This document shows positions 1-11,926 of a DNA stretch of 64,000 nt, one piece after another. Origin of the DNA: Pristiophorus japonicus. Lineage: Eukaryota. Position numbers and translations under genes: made by a program. The stretch is from assembly GCF_044704955.1 (NCBI RefSeq), contig NC_091984.1:195300001-195364000 (forward strand), read 5' to 3'. Numbering within the stretch: the stretch's first letter is position 1; each line of letters opens with the position of its first letter. The notes under the pieces are model-generated. The model saw only the letters and a program-made list of their open reading frames with translations. It was not told where the DNA came from and ran no database searches.

Positions 1-372
1 CCTCTCCTCATTCTTTCTACCAAAATGTATCACTTCACACTTTTCTGCATTAAATTTCATCTGCCATGTGTCCACCCATTCCACCGGCCTGTCTATGTCC
101 TCCTGAAGTCTATCACTATCCTCCTCACTGTTCACTATACTTCCAAGTTTTGTCGCATCTGCAAATTTTGGAATTGTGTCCTGTACACCCACATCCAAGT
201 CATTAATATATATCAAGAAAAGCAGTGGTCCTAGTACCGACCCCTGGAGAACACCAGTGTATACCTTTCTCCAGTCCGATAAACAGTTGTTCACCGTTAC
301 TCTCTATTTCCTGTCACTTAGCCAATTTCTTATCCATGCAGCCACTGTCCCTTTTATTCCATGGGCTTCAAC
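1..372 (-). mobile_element. CR1 LINE fragment (RT domain), runs off window start
   Basis: Minus strand reads GVLQGSVLGPLLFLIYINDLDVG...KFADATKL, the CR1 RT motifs. Confidence 0.9.
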
Positions 373-555
373 TTTGCTGGAAAAGAAAATCAGCCTCGAT
401 GTAAGACGGAGTGCCAATTCACTATAAACTCATTTCGTCTACTGGCAAAGACCAATTTCATCCTCATTGAATCTACCAATTTAATTTGGACCTCAAAAGG
501 GGGAAGACTTCCTCTGTGTACTATTTGCAGTGAAATTATAGACTCATTCTTTACA

Positions 556-1367
556 AGTTTGGCAGATGGAGTATAATGTCGAAAGTGTGAGATCATGCAT
601 TTTGGCAGAAAAAAAATCAAAGAGCAAGTTATTATTTAAATGGAGAAAGATTGCAAAGTGCCACAGTACAGCGGGACTTGGGGGTACTTGTGCATGAAAC
701 ACAAAAGGATAGTATGCAGGTACAGCAGGTGATCAGGAAGGCCTATGTATCTTGGCTTTTATTGCAAAGGGGATGGATTATAAAAGCAGGGAAGTCTTGC
801 TACAGCTAAATAAGGAAATAAGGTATTGGTGAGGCCACATCTGGAATACAGTTTTGGTTTCCATATTTACGAAAGGATATACTTGCTTTGGAGGCACTTC
901 AGAGAAGGTTTACTAGGATGAGGGGATTGACTTATGAGGAAAGATTGAGTAGGTTGGGCCTCTACTCATTGGAATTCAGAAAAATGAGAGGTGATCTTAT
1001 CAAAATGTATAAAATTATGAGGGGGCTTGACAAGGTGGATGTAGAGAGGATGTTTCCACTGATGGGGGAGACTAGAACTAGAGGGCATGATCTTAGAATA
1101 AGGGGCCGCCCATTTAAAACAGAGATGAGGAGAAATTTCTTCTCTCAGAGGGTTGTAAATATGTGGAATTCACTGCCTCAGAGAGCTGTGGAAGGTGGGA
1201 CATTGAATAAATTTAAGACAGAAATAGACAGTTTCTTAAACGATAAGGGGATAAGGGGTTATGGGGAGCGGGCGGGGAAGTGGAGCTGAGTCCATGATCA
1301 GATCAGCCATGATCTTATTGAATGGCGGGACAGGCTCGAGGAGCCGTATGTTCTTATGTTCTTATGT
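556..1367 (+). mobile_element. CR1 LINE 3' fragment, 5'-truncated and decayed
   Basis: ORF2 C-terminus YEERLSRLGLYSLE...FFSQRVVNMWNSLP...GERAGKWS*; (TTCTTATG)n tail at ~1350-1367. Confidence 0.95.
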
Positions 1368-1526
1368 TTTTAAGTACATTGTATAATTTTTCTGCAAATA
1401 TTCCACCCAAGAAATCCTCTCCCAAAGTGCATAAAGTGAAATAACCTAAATGCAAGTAATGTGACTCTATTTAAATGATGCTTCACTCACCACGACTCAA
1501 TGGGGTAAATTTATGTCTTTAGTTTG

Positions 1527-1858
1527 TGTGGGGAAGAGCGAGCATAACTAGAGGATTTCTTGGTGACTATAAGATAGTCACCAAGAAATCCATTCGAGAA
1601 TTCAGAAGAAACTTCTTTACCGAAAGAGTGGTGAGAATGTGGAACTGCCTACCACAGGGAGTGTTTGAAGCGAATAGTGTGGATGCATTTAAGGGGAGGC
1701 TAGGCAAGTATATGAGGGAGAAGAGAATAGAGGGTTAGGCTGATAGATTTAGATAGGGAAAAACTGGAGAAGGCTTGAGTGGAGCATCAACATTGGCATG
1801 GACTGATTGGGCCAAATGGCCTGTTTCTGTGCATTATATCCTATGTAATCCTATGTAG
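1527..1858 (+). mobile_element. CR1 LINE 3' end (different subfamily)
   Basis: RRNFFTERVVRMWNCLP motif; GGGCCAAATGGCCT hairpin; (ATCCTATGT)n-like tail. Confidence 0.85.
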
Positions 1859-2489
1859 TTTTCCTGGCACAGAGTTTCTCACACAGAGGGCAGAAATCAG
1901 GAATTTAAATCAACACAAAATTGTGGGCCAGCGAATCAGGCATACCCCTGAATTCCCGGTAAGTGCTCCTGCTGCAAGGCTCTGCATTTGGAGCACTAAA
2001 GGCAAAAATGAACCATGAGTTAAGAGAATGTCATCAGTCTGTCACTGCCTGAAGAAGTCCTCTGCCATCCATCCAAACTCTCAGAACAGTATTAACCTGC
2101 TTTGCCTCAAGTTCATTTCCGATGTGAAGATGGGCCTTGACTGGCATCATTCAGGCATCCATGCAATGTTACATGTCTTGGGTGACAGATGCTTTTGTCT
2201 CCTGAATATCAGATTTCCTGGGTCAGCAACAGCAGCAGAAGGTCAAACATGACTTTTACAAGAAAGTAAACTTTCTAACTGTCCTGACTTTAATGGATTG
2301 CCCATATGTAGCTCAGACCACTTGTCGTCAGACAAGATACGAATTGAAGATTGGGGCCATTATAGTCAGAAACTCGACTTTACCTATATTATCTTAATTA
2401 GTAAAAATTAAGTATAGCCTCTAACGAAACTGGGATGGTTCAGTGCCGAGGTGTAGGAAAATAGGTCCTTCAACACTCCTTCTAACACT

Positions 2490-2690
2490 TGTGGTTAGAA
2501 TGTGGAACTCTCCACCACATGGAGTAGTTGAGGCAAATAGCATAGATGCATTTAAGGGGAAACCAGATGAGGGAGAAAGGAATAGAAAGATATGATGATG
2601 GGGTTAGACGAAGAAAGGCGGGAGAAGTCTTATGTGGAGCATCATGGGCCAAATGGCCTGTTTCTGTTCTGTAAATACATTGTAATTTGT
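2490..2690 (+). mobile_element. short CR1 3' remnant
   Basis: VVRMWNSPPHGVVEANSIDAFKG; GGGCCAAATGGCCTGTTTCTGT 3' motif. Confidence 0.75.
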
Positions 2691-3179
2691 AATATCATTA
2701 AAATACAAATGCTTTGTGATGCCTGTATACAATTACACCTCCATCCTAAATTAGTGTTGAGGGTGCAGAGTCTCTTGCATACTGCCAGCTCCTTTTGGAT
2801 AGATAGCCTTTTTTCTCTCTGGTGGTGATGATGAATTTTTTAAACTTATTTTACATTGACTTTTGGGCAGATGTACTAAATTTTATATCAGCCGGAACTT
2901 TCATCTTTGCGTCGGGCTGGGTGCGGGAAGCATGGTGTGCGGGAAACACGATGTTGTGAGCAACGGGCAGCTCAGTGTGACTTTCACTTAATGGCCCCAA
3001 TTGAAAGATTCATGTGTGTTTCCCGGCCCTATTAAATGGTGCGGGTCTGATGACGTCGTCGATGACTCATTTCCAGCTCCCATATTTAAAGGTGCCTTGC
3101 ACTGAACTCACTTGTAGATTTCCAGAGGAGGGTGGAAGGTGTGAAAGAAAGGCCAGGAGAGAGCTGAAATTTTTGAAAC

Positions 3180-4931
3180 ATGGATAACCAAAGGCAGGGG
3201 GCTGCACCACGGTTCTCAGATTCTTGCTTGCCTGCGCTTGTGGAGGCTGTCAGGGCATGCAGGGAGGACCTCTTCCCCACTGACAGGCAAAGGAGACCTC
3301 CATAAGCAACAAAGAGAGCCTGGCTGGATATCGCTGAGGAGGTCAGCAGCAGGGATGTGGTCATGAGGAACTGGATCCAGTGCAGGAAGCATTTCATGAT
3401 CTCATGAGGTCAGGGCAAGTGAGTGCAATGCCAGACTCACTCTCAACCTGAAGCACCTGTCAACACATCTCCATCTGCCTTCCCAAGCCTACTCCTGCAC
3501 ATCATTCCTCACACCAGCAAACCTTGCACGCCACCCGTCCCTCTCTCTCTATGTTCATACTCACATCCCCATTCGAATAACCACTCCTCTCACTGACCTT
3601 CTTCCTAATGCAATCATAGCAAGTAACACCAGGGAAGAAGGCTTTTTGGCATTAGCACTCAACTCCCTCATGGTCATCATCTACAGATGTAGCCTATCCA
3701 TTCCTTACAATCATTCCATCACTCTCACTCAAACTTCTTTTCTTTCCATCCTTACAGGAGAAGAGAGCCCACAACAACCGGGAAAGAGCGGGACCCAGAG
3801 GTGGCCATCCAGTAATTGCACATCTCACAGCAGCAGAGTAGGCTGCTCTGGAAATTTCAGGAGCTCTCGAGCGGTGGGAGACAGAGAGAGGGGCACAGCC
3901 CAGCAACCTGGTGACAGAATCACATCTCATAAAGCCGCATGGCATACAACAGTCACCCATATGGTGACTGATATTAGCAGCCAGTGAAATGTCATCATGT
4001 GCATAATTGTAATATTATTATAACACTTCTAATTCATCTTTTTACTCTCCCACAATTCCACCAACTACCCCCCCCCCCCACCCCACTGCCCACTGACCAG
4101 CCAGAGGAGAAAGATGACTCCTCAGAGGAATCTCCAGCCTCTGAGGGCGCAGCATCAGCAGACCCAAGCGCACCCAGCACCAGCACAGATACGCACACCT
4201 CCGTGGGTCCTTTGCGCTACAGAGTAGAGTTGTCACCTGGTGTCTCACAATTCACAAGTGAGCAAGAGCAGATGGTGTTAACAGGGACAGCAATGGAGAC
4301 TCGTCACTGGTGGGCGCTGGACACTCCAAGCTCTGCTGAGCTGCCTGCAGACGTTGAGCCTCGGGGGCCTTCGAGAAAGAGGGTAATTCTGGAGGGGCAG
4401 CAACCATTGAAGAGGCTCTGGCAGCCTTTGCAGCCGTGGTGTCTGCAAATATTCAGAGAATGGAGGAGTCCATCTCCACCATGTCGCAGGCGATGGCAAC
4501 GATGTGCTGTTCCATGGAAAGGATGGCCACCTGCATGGAGCAGCTAATGCACCACTCACCTGCGCACATGCTAACTGTGGCCAACAGATGGCAGGCATTC
4601 ATAGATCTTCTCTCAATGAGGGATGTAATTGTTGACATGGGCCTTCATGGCTCCAAATGCTGTGCAACAAGATGCTCTCCAGCTCTTTGCAAGCAGGGAA
4701 ATATGGGTGGCCCATGAGAGGGATGATGGTGAGAGGGCACATGGAAGTGGGGGCTCCTCTCAGAGCACTCCCATTTCTCCCCCATTGCCTCCTCCTCAGT
4801 CAGAGCCCCAGATGCCTTCCCAGACGGCGATGTGCGAGACTGCTCCTGCGCAGTCGCAGGAGGAACAGACTTTGGCGGGGCCATCACAGGCTCCAAAACC
4901 CAGAGGACAGCCGCCAAAAGTGGCCACGTAG
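3180..4931 (+). pseudogene. Harbinger Myb/SANT-like DNA-binding protein gene, spliced, disabled
   Basis: Exon 1 3180-3418 MDNQRQGAAPRFSDSCLPALVEAV...AWLDIAEEVSS...RNWIQCRKHF then GTGAGT donor; exon 2 from 3758 EKRAHNNRERAGPRGG; acidic/Pro-rich exon 3; stops and frameshifts. Confidence 0.85.
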
Positions 4932-5349
4932 TCACAGCAAGGAAGTAAGCACGCTGCCTCGACCTCTGCTGAAGCCAGAGGGGTTGCACCGCGTAGAAGC
5001 ACTCGCAAAAGAAAAATGACACAAAAGTAGATGCACAAGGGTATGCACATGGGTATATCAACTAATGTTTGTGCCAAATTTCAGTTGTTTTGAATACACA
5101 CACAAATGTTTATGTGTGCACCACTTTTGGGTCTTGTCCATTTTTGTTTCAAACCTTGGAAGTGGCTTTGTCACTTGGAGTGAATGGTGACACATTATTT
5201 AACCTCAGCATTGGGCCTTTGGGTGAGCGGAATTGCATAGCCATTGTAGGGATGCTTTATGGTGTTGTTGCTATGGTGTTGCTGAGTTGGGGGAACTTAG
5301 GACAGCATGTGGCAAGCATGTGGCTGCTTTGGACCAAGTTAAGTAAATC

Positions 5350-7985
5350 TGGCTATGATGAGACCATCCCGGTCCTCCCGGTAGCAATGTGCACCGCTGC
5401 TAGTGGCATCTGCATCTCAGTCTCCTCCTCCTTGTCTTCCACCTGCTCGTCCTTCTCCTCTTCCTCCGACTCGGAAGAAGAAGCTATGTGCTGTGCGCCA
5501 TGCTCCTCCTGCTGCTCCAATCCTGCGCTATGTTGTGCAGCATGCAGCAAATGGCGATGATTCTGGACACCCTGGCTGGTGCAAACTTAAGAGTTCCTCC
5601 AGATCTGTCAAGGCATCTGAAGCGTATCTTCAGCATGCCTACTGCTTGCTCCCTGACACAACTGGTGGAGATGTGGCTTTCATTGTATCTCTCCTGGGCC
5701 TCAGTACTTGGCCTCCTCAAGGGGTGTCATGAGCCATGTCTTTGGTGGATAGCCCTTGTCTCCAGGCAGCCAACCGATAAGTCTGTTTGGAGGTGCGAAG
5801 AGCTGAGGGAGGGTGGATTGGCACAGCAGATTGGAAAACTGCAAATGTAATTCCCCTATTTAAAAAAGGACCAGTTCACCTAGCATCTGTGGTTGGGAAG
5901 ATGTTGGAATCCATTATTAAAGAAGCAGCAGCAGGACATTTGGAAAAGCAAAATTCGGTCAGGCAGAGTCAGCATGGATTTATGAAGGGGAAGTCATGTT
6001 TGACAAATTTGCTAGAATTCTTTGAGGATGTAATGAACAGGGTGGATAAAGGGAAACCAGTGGATGTAGTGCATTTGGACTTCCAGAAGGCATTTGACAA
6101 GGTGCTACATAAAAGGTTACTGCACATGATAAAAGTTCACGGGGTTGGGGGCATGGATAGAGAATTGGTTAACGAACAGAAAACAGAGAGTCGGGATAAA
6201 TGGTTCATTCTCAGGTTGGCAATCAGTAACCAGTGGGATGCCACAGGCATCAGTGCTGGGACCCCAACTATTTACGATCTATATTAACGACTTGGGAGAA
6301 GGGACTGAGTGTAACGTAGCCAAGTTTGCTGATGATACAAAGATGGGAGGAAAAGCAATGTGTGAGGAGGACACAAAAAATCTGCAAAAGGTCAAAGACA
6401 GGCTAAGTGAGTGGGCAAAAATTTGGCAGATGGAGTATAATGTTGGAAAGTGTGAGGTCATGCACTTTGACAGAAAAGATCAAAGAGCAAGTTATTATTT
6501 AAATGGAGAAAGATTGCAAAGTGCTGCAGTACAGCGGGACCTGGGGGTACTTGTGCATAAAACACAAAAGGTTAGTATGCAGGTACAGCAAGTGATCAGG
6601 AAGTCCAATGGAATATTGGCCTTTATTGCAAAGGGGATAGAGTATAAAAGCAGGGAAGTCTTGCTACAGTTATACAGGGTATTAGTGAGGCCACACCTGG
6701 AATACTGCTTGCAGTTTTGGTTTCCATATTTACGAAAGGATATACTTGCTTTGAAGGCAGTTCAGAGAAGGTTCACAAGGTTGATTCCAGAGATGAGAGG
6801 GTTGACTTATGAGGAAAGGTTGAATAGGTTGGGCCTCTACTCATTGGAGTTCAGAAGAATGAGAGGTGATCTTATTGAAACGTATAAGATTATGAGGGGG
6901 CTTGACAAGGTGGACGCAGAAAGGATGTTTCAACTGATAAGGGAGACTAGAACTAGAGGGCATAATTTTAGTATAAGGGGCCGCCCATTTAAAACTGAAG
7001 CGTATCTAAAAATTTCTTCTCTCAGAGGGTTGTGGATCTGTGGAATTCGCTGCCTCAGAGAGCTGTGGAAGCTGGGACATTGAATAAATGTAAGACGGAA
7101 ATAGACAGTTTCTTTAACGATAAGGGAATAAGGGGTTATGGAGAGCGGGCAAGGAAATGGACCTGAGTCCATGATCGGATCAGCCATGATCTTATTAAAT
7201 GGCGGAGCAGGCTCAAGGGGCCACATGGGCTTCTCCTGCTCCTATTTCTTATGTTCTTATGTTCTTATGAAAGAGTCATGACAGCTGCCAGGGACTTAAT
7301 CTTCTTTTTATGGTTACAGACAAGCCGCACATTGAGAGAGTGGAAGCTTTTGCGGTTCACAAACACTCTTGGGTGATGATGGGATGCCTTCATGGCCGAA
7401 TGTGTGCAGTCAATAAAGCCCTACACCTGTGGGAAGCCGGCCAGAACTGCAAAGCTGAGAGTCTGCACACTAACACTGGTTTCATCAGTGGCAAAGTTGA
7501 TGTCATTGGTTGACTTGTGAAACACGGCATCAGTGACCTGTATGATGCATCCATGGGTGACTGACTAGGAGATCCCGCAAATGTCTGCTGCAGATCCCAG
7601 GAAGGAGCCTGTGACGAAGAAGTTGAGGGCAGTGGTGACTTTGACAGCCACTGGTAAGGCGTGTCCACCTGGTCCTCTGGGCAGCAGATCTGCTTCCAGT
7701 CAGCTGCTAATATCTGCGACAACCTGGCGTGAGAGCCTGAGCTTCCTTTGCACTGCTGCTCAGTCTCTCATCCTCAGCCTGTTTACTCTGTGTTGGGGGT
7801 ATCGCCTCCAGCGCGTTGCAGCTCTGCGGTGCGCTCCTCTCTCCTGTAGAGCATCAGGTGGTTGAGGTGAAGGCTAGTGTTGTGGTTACTGCTGTTGCTG
7901 CTGGGGTGGCTGGTGTTGTTGGTGGTGGTGCTCATCGTGGTCCGATTCTGAGGACCAAGGTGAGATAGTATAAGCAGCGCCCCAT
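5350..7985 (-). pseudogene. Harbinger (HARBI1-like, DDE_Tnp_4) transposase, split by CR1
   Basis: [52 protein letters not shown]...EQAVGMLKIRFRCLD, CCMLHN, acidic tail; stops and frameshifts. Confidence 0.9.
5825..7268 (+). mobile_element. CR1 LINE, 5'-truncated (RT + 3' UTR), inserted in the Harbinger transposase
   Basis: QHGFMKGKSCLTNL, LDFQKAFDKV, FADDTK; (TTCTTATG)n tail at 7246-7268. Confidence 0.95.
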
Positions 7986-8704
7986 GCTGATGTTGTAGAT
8001 GGCAGGTAAAGTGGAGGTCAGATGCACAATCCCTCAGTGTTGTGATAATGACGAGCAATGTGGTGAGAGTGACTTCCGAGGCTGCAGAAAGGACCTGCAA
8101 ACTCCAGAAAACTTATTCTGTGCACAAAATGGAGTCATCAACACCCTTTCCCTTCGGCAACTAATGAGTGTAAGGGGTGTGTATTTATCTGGTAATCCCA
8201 GCTGTCAATTAATGCCTCGCACAATGGCGACTGAACGTCCGACTGCCCTTCACAGGCAAGGTTCCTGAGCTGCGTTCTTCCTGCGTTCATGCTGTTAAAT
8301 TCCGAAGCCTCAGTTAAAAACCCTGTTAAGTGTCTAATAACAAAGCATTTAATTAATTAAATTAGGTCGCTAATCTCTCCCGACTGAGTCTGTGGCACAT
8401 TGGCAAACGCCGCAAGTTGAAGGCCGAGGAGGCGGGATGACGAGGTGCTGCCTATTTTCGCTATTTTTATAGCCGACCCGCCTCCAAACCCATACACACG
8501 GCAACAGGAAAATTCCAGGCATGGTCTCCGTGGGACAGCCAAACATGGTCTTAACTGGGCATACAGAGACATATCATCATCGATTCTATATGCATATATG
8601 TTCTGTTTGTAATTAGATAGATATATATACAGATAGCTGCCTAGATAAAACAAATAAATGGGTTCTTCAAGTCTTCATTGTAAAAAGTAACAGTCTTTTT
8701 TCTT

Positions 8705-10640
8705 TTAAAAGCAAAATACTACGAATGCTGGAAATCTGAAATAAAAACAGAAAATGCCGGAAATACTCAATGGGTAAGGCAGCATCTGTGGAGAGAGAAA
8801 CAGAGTTACCGGCCGTGATTTTGCTGACCTCGGCAGGTCCATGCCGGCGACGTCATTGGTGGGTCCCGACCCCGCTGTTGTCTCCATCCCGGCCTCTGAA
8901 ATGGATTTACCTTGATTGTGCTTGGAAAGCCCGCCCAGAGTGTTTCCCGGCCAATTAGAATAAGGAGGTCTGGTGGCGTCATTTCATGATGCGTCATCAA
9001 CCGGTTTCCTTAAAGGAACCATGGCCAATTTTATTTTGACATTTGTGCTGTCAGTGTTCTACAGCACTGAGGTGCTGCAACCACTGACAATCACTGCACA
9101 AAGATGCACGGCTGCACCCAGGCTCTCCCATGACTCCCTCCAGGTGCTTATGGAGGAAGTCACAGCACACAGGGAAGTCGTCTTCTCTTCCCATGGGCAT
9201 AAGAGACCTCCTCAGGACACCAACGCAACCTGGTTGCACATTGCACAGGAGGACACAAGCAGTGTGTGGTCACGAGGACCTGGAATCAGTACCACAAACA
9301 TTTCAGTGATCTCAGTACATTACGAAACATTATAACAAAGCCACACTCAACCTCATCCTGCTATGCCACTCATCACATCCCCATCACTCTGCCTTCCCTA
9401 CCCTACTTCTGCACATCCTTACTCACACCAACTTACCTTGCACCTCCACCCATCCCTCTCTATCTACATTATCACTTCCCCATCTCACTAGCCACCCCTC
9501 ACACTCACCCTCATCCTAGTGCAATCAAGGATAGGCACTTGGGTGTGTTATGCAATGTTCATGTGAAGTTTTTGTTCATGTGGCGTCAAACATTGAAACC
9601 TTTATTTTCAACACTTTGAGTTCTTGGACAGATTTGTGTGCACCTTTGGAAGTGGCTTATTGAGTTGCAGTGAATGGTGAGGCATAAGTGTACCACCCGC
9701 AATGGTCATAAGTGTGAAAGAATGGCTTGGGCATTGTAGGGATGCTTTATGGTGTTGGTGTGGGGGTGGCACATATATGGCAGCCAATATATACAGCATC
9801 AAGTGAAGTAAATCTGGCCATGGTGAGGCCATCCCGGGCCTCCCAGGCAGCAATGTGCTCGGGTGCTGGTGCTCTGTGTCCTATGCAGCATCAGGTCATT
9901 GCGCAGAAGGTTGGTGTTGTTGGTGCTGCTGGTCTGCCTGGTGCAGCTGATGTTGGGGCTGATCGTAGTCGGATTCTAGAGGACCAAGGTGAAAGAGTAT
10001 AAAGCGCACCCATGTTGCTGGAATAGATTGCAGTTGAAGTAGAGATGACAGAAGTGATCTGTCAGTGGTGGGAGAGTTAATGCGATCAGACTGGATGGAG
10101 ACTTGTGTAAAGAGTTGCAGCATGGTAAATCTTTTGTGGAAATGCAGTGAGGATTTGTGGCTGAGGGAAGATATATCTGGTAGGTGGGAGCTTTTATTGT
10201 ATATTTGAAGCTGTCAACTCAACAACTAATTCAATGGCCACTGAACCCCCCCCTCCCCCCCCACCTCCGCAGCTTAACAGATATGGTCCACGACCAACGT
10301 GAACCCCATGGGTGAGTTGTCAAATGTAGAAGGTGAGCTGAAATTAATTCTTAACTGACTCTAAACAAGCTACAAATTACTTGAATTGGATGCCCCACTG
10401 TGAACCTGCCGCTGCGTGTCGGGTCTGTTCAGCACTAACAGACCCGACATCGGGGAATAGTGCCTGGCGGCAGGTTCACAGCGGGGTCCTGAACTGCCAC
10501 CAATCGTGCCCACTGACCCCCCCCACCCCCCAGAAAATCCAGCTCACTGTTTCAGGTCGATCACCTTTCATCAGTTCAATCATCGACCTGAACCATTAAC
10601 TCTGTTTCTCCCTCCCCAATATTTTCTGTTTTTATTTCTT
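8705..10640. mobile_element. Palindromic Penelope-LTR-derived non-autonomous element (arms 8705-8810 and 10546-10640), split by a Harbinger
   Basis: Left arm ...GAAATAAAAACAGAAAAT...GAGAGAGAAACAGAGTTA is mirrored by TAACTCTGTTTCTC...ATTTTCTGTTTTTATTTC; same sequence as the Penelope 3' end at 17490-17592. Confidence 0.75.
8811..10545 (+). mobile_element. Internally deleted Harbinger with Myb exon 1 remnant
   Basis: TIRs GGCCGTGATTTT / rc GAGCTGGATTTT; flanks ACC/ACT; 9090-9315 reads AAPRLSHDSLQVLMEEV...ATWLHIAQE...RTWNQYHKHFSDL. Confidence 0.75.
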
Positions 10641-10904
10641 GTTTTATAGCTGAGGACCAGTTAGGGACACCGTTTATTTTCATCTTTGGAATAGGTTATT
10701 GCCAAAGGTAGACTATTCTTGGTAACACAAATGGATGCTTAATTGGATGGGAATACCAATACATTCTTCTCCACAGCCAGATCTTTGAGCAGAACAGAGG
10801 GTGCCTACCATTCTGCTAGAGAACCAGAGATCATGGGTTCACATTTATCAGTACACCATGAAGGAAATGGTTGTATAACCATCATGAGACTGGAAGGGTA
10901 AAAT

Positions 10905-11336
10905 GAGAAGAGTCTGGATCAACTGGGCCTTTATACACTGAAGTTTAGAAGGATGAGAGGGAATCTCATAGAAACGTATAAGATTCTGATGGGAATGGAC
11001 AGGTTAGATGCGGGAAGAATGTTCCCGATGTTGGGGAAGTCCAGAACCAGGAGACACAGTCTTAGGATAAGGGGTAGGCCATTTAGGACTGAGATGAGGA
11101 GAAACTTCTTCACTCAGAGAGTTGTTAACCTGTGGAATTCCCTGCCACAGAGAGTCATTGATGCCAGTTCATTGGATATATTCAAGAGGGAGTTAGATGT
11201 GGCCCTTATGGCTAAAGGGATCAAGGGGTATGGAGAGAAAGCGGGAAAGGTGTACTGAGGTGAATGATCAGCCATGATCACATTGGGCCGAATGGCCTAC
11301 TCCTGCGCCTATTTTCTATGTTTCTATGTTTCTATG
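10905..11336 (+). mobile_element. CR1 LINE 3' fragment
   Basis: RMRGNLIETYKI...FFTQRVVNLWNSLP; (TTTCTATG)3 tail. Confidence 0.95.
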
Positions 11337-11569
11337 AACTTATGCTCAACATTGGACTGCTGGGAATCAAATGTTCATCCACCAGTGAGTTTATTCCAAA
11401 AAAAGGACAGAGATGACTAGAGTTATGTCAAACAGCCAAGAATCAGATGCCACTCCTGCCTCCGCCTCTTGCAAAGCTAGACAATTTTACATATAAAAAA
11501 CAAAATGCCACTTATCGGCACCAAGCACATTGTTCCTCACAACAGGCGAGACACAATCGTGTGACATCG

Positions 11570-11645
11570 CTATTAAGCACCTTGGAACGTTTTACGATGT
11601 TAAATAAATACTGCACTATATAAATACAAGTTGGTGTTGTTGTTA
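11570..11645 (+). mobile_element. L2/SINE 3' tail remnant
   Basis: AAGCACCTTGGAACGTTTTACGATGTTAAA...CTATATAAATACAAGTTG(TTG)n; same tail as 28345-28403. Confidence 0.65.
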
Positions 11646-11926
11646 TCATCATATACATGTGGGCAATGATTTTGTCCTATCTGCTCCCTTTCCTCTGTAT
11701 TGTTATAATTTGGTTGTACCTGCCTCTGAGATGGTTCCTTTTCATTCCCCTCCCCTTTTGCATATTCTCCCCTCTCTCTCGGCCTCTCCTGGTCACACAC
11801 CATCATTCAGCCAACAGGATGAACAAGTGACCTACTCTCCGGCCTCAATCAATGTTGCTCTTGAGTCAGACTCAGGAAGTAAGCAAGAGCAGCCCATTTC
11901 CTTCCTCCCTGTGGAAAGCACCTGCC

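Larger units (their letters stand above)
2890..8520. mobile_element. PIF/Harbinger DNA transposon, decayed two-gene copy (Myb + transposase, convergent), with CR1 insertion
   Basis: Imperfect TIRs AGCCGGAACTTTC / rc GCCTGGAATTTTC; flanks ATC/ATG; contains both Harbinger genes. Confidence 0.85.

Noticed and set aside
3180-7985. Domesticated host HARBI1/NAIF1/MSANTD genes
   Set aside because: Flanked by TIR-like ends, multicopy within the window, and carrying stops, frameshifts and a LINE insertion
10777-10900. Possible coding exon (RSLSRTEGAYHSAREPE...)
   Set aside because: Weak donor, unrecognisable peptide, short open frame expected by chance
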